Below, piece after piece: positions 35,403-44,784 of a stretch of 64,000 bases of DNA (the stretch's first letter is position 1; every line of letters begins with the position of its first letter). Below the pieces are notes generated by a model, which worked only from the letters and a program-made list of their open reading frames with translations, ran no database searches and had not been told where the DNA came from. Position numbers and translations under genes: made by a program. This DNA comes from Paraspadella gotoi. Taxonomy: Eukaryota > Animalia > Chaetognatha. The stretch is from contig JBJCIZ010000744.1 in assembly GCA_051294375.1 (NCBI GenBank), forward strand, positions 1,230,262 through 1,294,261, in the 5' to 3' direction.

Positions 35403-38400
35403 TCAAGAATCCCCTCCTCCACCAACCTCCCCTTTGATCAACCTCTGGAAAGCCTTGAGCCTCCCCGATCGCCTCGTCCGCTCCTCCAACTCTCTCGACT
35501 TCTCCTCCGCGCGACCGAGAATCTCCGCCGGGATTCCGGCCAAGAGGCCCACGTTGAGTCCGAAGCTTCGTTCCGCTTTTCCGGCAGCGAGTGAATAAAG
35601 CATCTGCACCGAAGCCGGATGTTTCCGAGGTGAGGATTCTTTTTCCGGCGCCGGAACGGAATCATTCTCCTCCTCCTCCACGACGAACGACATGTGAAAA
35701 TTCTCCACGATCCCGGGATACTTCTCCGCCAACCGCGTCACGAGCGGATAGTGCGTCACGAACAGCGTCAAACATCCAACCGTCTCCACGAAATGGCGCA
35801 GCGTGGCGTCGGCGATGGCGGTTCCGTCGTGGGTCGACGTCCCGCGCCCCAACTCGTCGAGGACGACGAGAGAATCGGCGGAGGCGTCGCGGAGAATCTC
35901 GGACGCCTCCGACAATTCGACCATGAAGGTGGAGGCGCCGCGGAGGATTCGATCCGAGGCGCCCATGCGGACGAAGACGGCGTCGAAGATGGAGAGACGA
36001 GCGGCGTCGGCGGCGACGAAGGATCCAGTCTGAGCCATGACGACCGCCTGTTTGGACAAACATTTGGAAATATAAAAGCTTACGTCTCTTCGTGATTTAA
36101 TCAATAAAAATTTACTTTTATATATTATATTATGATTATAATTAATCGTCGTTAATACTTTCTCTTTTTCATATACAGATCACGTGATATAATTGATTAA
36201 ATGAATATTTAAATTTGAACTTCATCACAATTCCAAATCACACAGAACTAAACCTAATCCGATCCTTGCCGAATCTAACAATAAAATCCGCTCATCACTG
36301 GTGTGGAACTGTGCAATGTGCAGTGTGCATCTTGCCAGTTGCCGTTTAGTCAGCCCCCTTACCAACGCTGCTTGACGAATGAAGGAACTCTTTCCTCCCA
36401 TATTAGGTCCAGTGACGATCATGCAGCGCCGCCCGTCGCCGCTGAGGTCGGCGTCGTTGGGGACGAATTGCGCCGAGTCGGGGAGGAGAGTCTCGACGAT
36501 CGGGTGGCGTCCGGCGACGAGTTGGAGGGTGGGTGGAGATGAGACGAAGGAAGGGCGAGAGTAGTTGCGAGATTTGGCGACGTGAGCTAAGGACATGAGG
36601 CAGTCGAGGATCGAGAGGGACTGCGTTTAAAACGGAAGGGAGGATTGAGAAATGAAGTATTAAACAAATGAACTTTCTATTAAATAAACTTGTGGCGGTA
36701 TATTCACACCACCTCACACCCATCATCGTTCAGCCAATACCATTGGCTCAGAGGAGCAACGCACCATCCCAGGCGTTGCGTTCCATCCACAGTCTTAACG
36801 ACTTCCCTCTGCGTTGGCAAAGCGAGACCCGTCCTAGGGTAACCGCGCCAGTGACAGGAGGCGTCACCGAGGGTCGGAAGCCCCCAAAGCCAACAGGTGA
36901 GATGTCCCATCCCAATGGGCATCACAGGCAACCTGGCTCTTTGCCACATTAGGTCATTAATCTTTAATCCGCAATAAAATTTTTCAATTTGTTGTTATGT
37001 TGCTATGTTATGTTATGAGATTTTATCAGATCTGATCTCATTTTATTTGATCTGATCTGATTCGATTTCATGAGGTTTCTAAGTTCTGCAAAGATGCTGA
37101 CACTTAATAAAGCAAAAATTTGGAAGAAGAGTCGTTTTAAAAGTTCAGGAAACTGTGGCACATGTTTACGGCTAACAATTGAAGTCTAACAAGAGGAAGA
37201 TAAAAGGAAAATAAAACTAAAAAAATTGTGATATGTAACGACTTGAGAATATGAGAGAGGACAACACATAACGCTGAATGATCGAGTCAAAGCGTAAGAG
37301 AGAGAGAAAGAGAGAGCTACTTTAAAACAAAAAGGAACCAACCTGCACAGCACGCTGATACTCGAACTGTCGCCGATTAAATTCCTCCAAGAACTTCCCC
37401 CACGCGTCTTCGACGTCCAAGTCCAACTGCTCCCTCAACGCCGCCAATCTCCTCGTCTCCTCCAAGACGAAAGGAGATTGAAATCTCTGACAAGTCTTCG
37501 TCGATTGGACCGCGACCCAATCGTCCGGCACGCGCATGCGCATCGCCTCCATCGCTTTGGTTAATCGAATCTCGACGAGGTATTCCTTTCCGGAGACGGT
37601 CAAGTACTCCATCCTCGGCGCGGCCAGAGTTTCGCGAATCTCTTGTAAATGCTCATCCAGTGACGCTTCTACGTCGCCGATCCGCGCCAGCGTCTCGACG
37701 ACGCGCGGATATTTTCCGTAATCTCGAAAGGTGCGTCGTTTGTCGCCACGAGAGACGGCGTCTTCGTCGAGGGCGCCGAGGAAGGCGTCGACGTCTCTCG
37801 TGTTTTCCTCGAAGGCGACGAAAGAATCGCGGATGAGGGAGGAGGACGAGTCGACGAGCCTTTCCGCGCGCGACCAACCCTGGCGAAGTCGAGCGAAGGC
37901 TTTGAGGACGTGGAGAAAGTCGGCCACGGAGCACTTTTTGAAGTAGATCGTCGAGAGGCCCCGCTCCAAGTCGGCCAGGCCTTTGAAACAGATTCTCAAA
38001 TGAGCGAAGAGTTGAGAGGAATCGGCGAGGATCTCTTCGACGGCATCGAGACGCGACTCGATGACGGAACGGTCCGTCGACGGCGCCGCCAACCAGCGCC
38101 GCAGCAGACGCTCGCCGAATTTAGTCTTCGTGGCGTCGAGGACGGAGAAGAGGGTGCCGGCGGGGCCGCCGTCGACGAGGTTGTTGAAGATCTCCAAGTT
38201 GCGGATGGCGGCGGCGTTGAGGCGAAGGGTGGAGGAGGGGGCGTTGGTGGAGGCGGAGGCGGATTTGAAGACAGACTCGAGGCCGAAGTCGTGGAGATAA
38301 TCGAGGAGAGAAGAAGCGCAGATCTGGAGATCGGGGGAGAGAGAGAGGAGGGAGGAAGAGGAGGAGGAATCTGGAGAAGAGGGAAGGGATTATTAATTAT

Positions 38401-41400
38401 AAATAGTTAAGAATATTATTATTAGTATTATTATTATTATTAGTAGCATATCTGTATTATTTCTATGCTCTAAGATTTAATGATGCAAGAGCGATGACAT
38501 TGAGTTCTAATTTTCTTAAAATCTTTTAGATTTATTTTAGTTTGTTTTAGCTTATTTTGTTTTAGTTTATTTTAGTTTGTTTTAGTTTATTTTGTTTTAG
38601 TTTATTTTAGTTTGTTTTAGTTTATTTTGTTTTAGTTTATTTTAGTTTGTTTTAGTTTATTTTAGTTTGTTTTAGTTTATTTTGTTTTAGTTTATTTTAG
38701 TTTGTTTTAGTTTATTTCGGCATGAAAAGTTTCCGGTCCAAACGGAACAACGACGACTAACCTTTGCAAAATAGGCTAAGTCGGTCGGCGGCGGCCTTTT
38801 TGTCGGCCATCGGGGCCGACATCCGCTCGATCCTGGCTTCATCCGGAGTCGGGGCGAATTTCTCGATGACTTTCTCTGTCGCGAGGGAGAGGGAGGGAGG
38901 GAGGAGAAGCTCGACTGGCTGACGAGGAAGGAGGAAGGGAGGAAAGAGGAAGGGTGGGAGAGAAAGAAAAGAAGAAAAACGAGGGAGGAAAGAAAAGAGA
39001 AAAACGAGGGAGGAAAGAAAAGAGAAAGGAGAGGGAAAGAAAAGTGTAAGGGAAAGGAGAAAGAACAAGAGATAAAGAAGGGGAAGAGAGGAGGAAAGGG
39101 GGAAAAAAATATGGTGAGAAGTAATGCATAGGCTTAACCATAATTCAAACTACAAACGTAGTATCCAGACACGTTTTTATTAAATATTTTATTAGTACCA
39201 CTACCACTCACTTCCGGACACTAATATAACGCTAGGATCTCTAGTTAACATTAACCAACAATAATAAAACTTTTCAAATAATGACATTTTTTAAATCGTG
39301 ATAAAAATGTTTTTTCTAAGAAAATACTATAATATGCAAATAAGATTAAGAACGCATCGAACCTGCATTTGATGCAGCATCGTCTCGAACTTTGATCGCG
39401 ACGGTGAATCGATAAAGGAATCGTGAGTGACTTTCGCCGTCGATGGATTCACGGCGACGAAGGAGATCGTCACGTCGGCAAAGGAGGTGGAGAGGGGCTG
39501 GGGGAGGAAATAAGGAATTCAAACAATTAAATTAAGGGAGGGGTCCTTTATACAATCGAAACGATTCATTGATAGGGAAGCCAGATACTCTGAGAGTGAA
39601 TAAACGAGACTGTGTGAGAGCCTTGATTGAAAGCTTGCAGGGACCTGCTACGTTATTATCTTGTAAGAGTGATTTTAGCCTGTCCAAAGTCAGGGGGAAG
39701 ATAGCTCATTTATTAAATGAATGGATAATTTTATGTTGGAAGTACCAATTTAATAAAGTTCTTATGGTATAATTAAAGATTAAACATGGTCGGTTTGTAG
39801 ATAAGGTGCTTTAGCAATGAAACGGGTCCTGGGCTTGGAATTAGGCTTGGGGGGTTTTCGAGGCCCCCAAGGCGGTTTAAGGCCGTCCTCATGCTTCCCG
39901 CAGGGTAGGTACCATTATTGGTGATCAATCCCGGTACATGATGGCCACGAGCCGATGTTATTACTCAATGAGCCACCGGGTCACGACTGAAGGTAACATG
40001 CTTTATAATTATAGGCGGGGGTAAACATATTGCGATGCCCGACTACAGGTTATTTAACACACGTTAGTTATGAGGATTAGGGATGGTTAAGAAAAGGTGG
40101 GTGATAGGTGAGGGTAAGCGATTGCGAGGTTATGGGTTCATAACATCGCAGGAGTATCAAGCCACCAGAATCGAATCGGATCGGAGGCTCGGGCGAAATG
40201 GAATCGCCGAATCCTGATTGGTCAAGCACGAACCGGAATCGACCAATCAGCTTGCAGAATCATTGAATTGTAAATTTTACCCACGTCGCCGATCCTCTTC
40301 CCAAGATATAAATAGACTTAGCTTGTTCTAGTTTCAGTAGAATTGATCAAGACTCCTGCGCGCGTCTCACCGTCACCTTTATTCTCAGAATAAAACTTAT
40401 TCTTGATTTCGTCCATAGAAATCCATGAGTTTTTCCTTAAATGTGGTGGCAGCGGTGGGATTCGAACCCACGCCTCCGAAGAGACTGGTGTAAATATACA
40501 TATTTAAAAATGTTTAGGTATTACATAAACATTTTTAAAACAACGATTTTATAATTGTAAACTGTCCTGTTATTTTACGTAAAAACGTAACAACGTAAAA
40601 AACCCAAAAACCCACCTTCCCCGCAGCATCAGCTGCAGCCGTGGCGACGACGGGTCCTTCCTTGACGCACATGAGGATTCCAGAGTCGGAAGACTCCGCG
40701 TCTTTATCACCGCGTGGCGCATCGTCGGCGGCGGCGCCTGATGCCTCGTCGGGGTCGCCTACGCCTGCGGGATTAATATTTTATTTAATTTTACTATAAT
40801 TCTTTCGAGGAAGTTAAATTTAAGTTTTGGTATGTAGATGATGAGTCATTTCTTTCTTTTTTTCTATTATAACTGTTGTTAAAATAATCCAAAGAATAAA
40901 ATCCAAATTTGAGTTTAAGATTTTTGAATGAAACCGACGAAAGATGAAAGTGAAATGAAGCAAAGACGCTTGTCAACTCGACGACGACGACGACGACGAC
41001 GATTAAAAATGGAAATAATCAATGGATCGATTGTTTTTTTCTTTTTCTTGGCTCTGGTTTCGCTTTTGTTTCTCTTTGCCTTTGGTTTCGATCGAAATCC
41101 GAATTCGAGGCTTCGATCCTCGATCTCGAGGTGGCTTCGTCTTGAGGGTCATTGTGGTTGTTTCGTCACGTGACAAGTCATTGGACAATGGACACGAGAC
41201 AGTTCGGAAACGGGCGCCACCTTTTATTGTTTTCTTAATTATTTTTTATTCAGCCATTATCATGGGAACATCGAATAAAAACATAATTCACAGGCGAACC
41301 CCTGAAGTGCATATTTCGAAGAAACCCAGTAACAACAAACTAAATAGATAAAAATGTACAGAAGGCTTCGTATTATAAAATGAGTTACCCGTTTTTTGTG

Positions 41401-44023
41401 ACCAGAATCTGAAATTCGCCTTGATAGTTCTATTTGTATTCACATAGGTATCGTTCATTCCAAATTTCAATGAATTTGGTTCAGTAGCATCAACGGAATG
41501 GACCTATAAACGGACTTGGTTGGCCTAGTGATGTGATTGCTCGTCTCCTTCACGAATCATCAGAATGCCGACGAATCACGGACCTTAGTTCAACCTTAGA
41601 ATGACCAATGACCGACAGAGGAACCGACGGAGGGATTGATGATCAAAATTGCTAAGAGAACTCTAGGCATTCACCTCTACACTCAAACTCAAGAAAGAAC
41701 ACTTATTCAAATAATTATTGAACCGTTTAATATTGTCATCACCTTTGTCTTAACCTTTGTCATCGTTACCTATGTCATCACCCTAATCATTGTCCGTCAT
41801 AAATAAAACTATCATTCAACCAAATACTTTGCCACTTATTATTTACCCTCGTTATTTGACTAAACGTCAACGGTAGTTTTCTCGGAACGTGTTCTTGTCC
41901 CAAATAATATGAAGCCTTCTGTAATCTGTATACAAGATCATCATCAACATCGTCATCATGAAGAAAAGCAACTGACCTCCTTCGGATCGGAATGAATCGA
42001 CATCGCGACCCACGAGCGTCGACTTCGTGTAGAGGGCGCTGAGTCGACGCGAGAAGAGTCCAGACTTCGAGTCTTAACAATGTAAGAGATGGATTCTTGA
42101 GATTGAGTTTAGCAATTAACATTTGCATATAGTAGTAAATAATTTTAAGTCCCATTAATTTATGTTCCGGTTTATTATTAGGCATATTTTTGGATTTTAC
42201 TATTATTTTCTACATTGTTTAGTAGTTTGATTCATAGATAATTCTGTGATAATTTGATAGAATAATTATGACATTAATGATCGAGAGTTTATCTCTATTG
42301 GTTATATTATTTCTATATTGGTTATATTATTTCTCTATTTCATAACTCATAAATACTTTATTATTCAAAGGTGAAATCAATGGTCAGCTCGGATCAAGTG
42401 TAGTACTCTCATGTTAGAGTTCCATATATTATTTAATATTGTATTAATAAAGAAATTATATTTCTATTTAGTTATAGTAATAAATATAAGGTAAATTAGA
42501 AAGGCAGAGAGAGCATTATCACTGAAGATGCCATCTGATGAAGAAGTAAACTTAATATATAATTCATAGCCTACAATTTGCTTATTTATTAAAAATATTA
42601 ACGAAGCGTCGCTCTTCTCACCGGAATTAGCTTTGAGCGCCGCCGTCTCAGTCTGCCTGACCACGCCCACTTTGTATCCTTTGGCCACGAGACGTCGCAC
42701 GTGGACGAAGAGTCTATGAAAACGGAGATATGGGGTAGAAAGTAGATTATAATACTTTATAATAAAATTGACTTGAACTTCGCTGATCATAAACTGGTCC
42801 GATCCTAACAATCACTATAACAATATATAACAAACGACCCAAGCCAATTTTACCCAGTTCCACCTCATCGAACCAACCTCTGGAATGTTTGGAACGACGA
42901 CAACATCGAGGATAATGACAAAGACGACGACGACAACAACCCCCTTGTCATCATCCCTCGGCGCTCGCCTGTGAGTGGGGATCGACGCAGTGTTGAAGTT
43001 GTGATCTGGATGACTCACGATGTTGAGGACTTTGGCCGCCACGTCAGCGTCGTCGCCGAAAAACCTTTTTTTTGTGACGAGAAACAAGATTTAAAAATTA
43101 TTTTGCATGTTGAAGTGTTGAATTGATGAAGGCTAATTTGGTTGAAACATAAACAATATGGACCGCATGTAATAAGAATGCAGCAATTCAAAAACGAAAA
43201 GTTTGAAGATGAAATTATTAATGTAAATATCTCTCAACGATAAAGATTTAACACTCAAACTAGATTCGACTGAAGATTATAAGATTTATCTCGTAATAAT
43301 TGTGATATTTAAACGTTTTTATTTTAAAGTTATCACGTTTCAGCAATGTTTTTGTTTTGATAGTTTTTTGTTTTTGTAAAAAAAAAAAAAACTTAACCCC
43401 CCCTTAAAATTAACCCACCTAAACTTGTATCCGCACTCGACGAGCAGGATAGCGTCGGGTCGCTTCGCTTTGATGTCGACGAACTGTTCCTCCAGTGGCG
43501 TCAACTTCGTCTTCTTTCCTTTAGAGATCGACGAACTATCCGTTTTTTCGGCGTCAGTTTTTTCGGCGCCATTTTTACCGGCGTCGTTGCAGTTATCGGC
43601 GCCGTTAATCTCTTTCGCCGACGCCTTCGCGGTGCCAGAGGCGATGCCGCCGTTCTCAACGAATTCGAACGCGAGCAAATCATCTCTCGTCTTTCGTTTC
43701 GAGTCGGCGACGTCGGCGTCGGTTTTCTTCGTCGGCCGCGTGGCGGCGGCGTCGTCTTCGTCGTCGTCGCGAGGTCGTTTGGCGCCGCGGGAGGAAGGTG
43801 ACGCAAAGTATTTAGAGATAGAAGATTGTTTCATTTTGGCGGAAGCGTCGGCTTTAAATTTGGTGGGCGTGGCGACGGATTTACATTTAGTGGGCGTGGC
43901 GCCGCCTTTAAAATTGGAAGGGGCGTGGCCATCTTCATTTTCGTCTCTAATTCCGAGCGGCGACGCCTCTTTAGATTTGTGTCCTTTGGCTCCGCGATGA
44001 AATCGGAACCAAGGCTTCGACAT
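35403..44023 (-). CDS. MSH3: DNA mismatch repair protein MSH3
   Basis: PIP box KQSSISKYF; MSH3-type [28 protein letters not shown]; [17 protein letters not shown]; ATPase [41 protein letters not shown]. About 10 exons. Confidence 0.95.
36691..36948 (+). mobile_element. Family A element, longest copy (TGTGGC...GCCACA) with twister-like core at 36813-36894
   Basis: 6-bp terminal inverted repeat, several hairpins, and homology to the 32.1 kb and 51.0 kb copies. No TSD visible for this copy. Confidence 0.85.
38528..38716. repeat. T-rich ~10/15-bp minisatellite (TTTTAGTTTR)n
   Basis: Direct inspection. Confidence 0.85.
39530..39750 (+). repeat. Family B copy (internal deletion in core)
   Basis: Homologous to 46895-47156. 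Confidence 0.8.
39810..39998 (-). mobile_element. Family E element with degenerate twister-like core
   Basis: The minus strand reads GA-GGA-CGGCCU-UAA-ACC-GC-[CUUGGGGG/CCCCCAAG]-CCUAA-UUCCAAGC-CCAGG. Its 3' end ACCCG..TTGCTAAA resembles the family A end. Confidence 0.55.
40444..40490 (-). pseudogene. 3' half of tRNA-Leu with templated CCA
   Basis: CACCAGTCTCTTCGGAGGCGTGGGTTCGAATCCCACCGCTGCCA+CCA. This covers the 3' anticodon stem, long variable arm, T arm and acceptor strand of a metazoan tRNA-Leu(TAG/AAG type). The 5' half is absent. Confidence 0.85.
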
Positions 44024-44156
44024 TTCTCGCTTAGGGTTGTAAAAAGGCGGAAAGTATGAAATTATAAAAACATATAAAAAGGTAAATAACGAAAAAGCCG
44101 AGGTGTGTGTAAACATAAAATAACCATTAGTTTTATTCAATCTCTATTTGGAGGAT

Positions 44157-44241
44157 TCATTTCATCGGCGACCAGGGCGCCGGCTTTAAGATCTTCGTCC
44201 AGTTGTGGGAACAGTGGGACATCAGCTCATTCCGTGCCAAA
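44157..44241 (-). CDS. Duplicated (alternative) terminal exon of NIPSNAP
   Basis: Acceptor GTTGCAG followed by LARNELMSHCSHNWTKILKPAPWSPMK*, paralogous to the 44785-44910 exon. Confidence 0.55.
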
Positions 44242-44784
44242 CTGCAACGTAACGTGGAAGCTTTGACTATGGAAGAATTAGATGGTACCATATTGAAAAT
44301 TGTCATGTTACATTTTATTACTTTAAAACTTCGAGGTGTAAGGCTTTTGGAAAAAAATTATTTATAAGGCGTTTTATTAAAAAAACTTGATATAATAAGT
44401 AGAAACTTATTAGTTATAATCACCTTAGAGGGAGAGAGTGTGCTGCGAACTGACGACAAGGCTGACATGTTGCTTAAACAAACATTCTTATGCCATGTAA
44501 ATGCGGAAAATAAGATTATATAAACGGGAAATAACAAAAGATGTATATAAAAAATGGGTAGGGGAAGATTAATTTTAAAATAAAAAAAAATATAGTTTTT
44601 AATTATAAATTAAAAAAAAAATCAAAATTAATCATACCCCACTTCCCAAAAAACTTTTAACAAACAAGTTAGCTGTATGACTCTAGGCGTTAATTCAGTC
44701 TTCAGAGAAGATCTCTGTAACGTTTATTCGTCAATTCTTGTCTTTTCTCCAATTCGGTTTTAGATCATTCTCTATTTGGAGGAT

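Noticed and set aside
40444-40490. Functional or split tRNA-Leu gene
   Set aside because: No 5' half or A box nearby, and the encoded CCA points to a reverse-transcribed mature tRNA.
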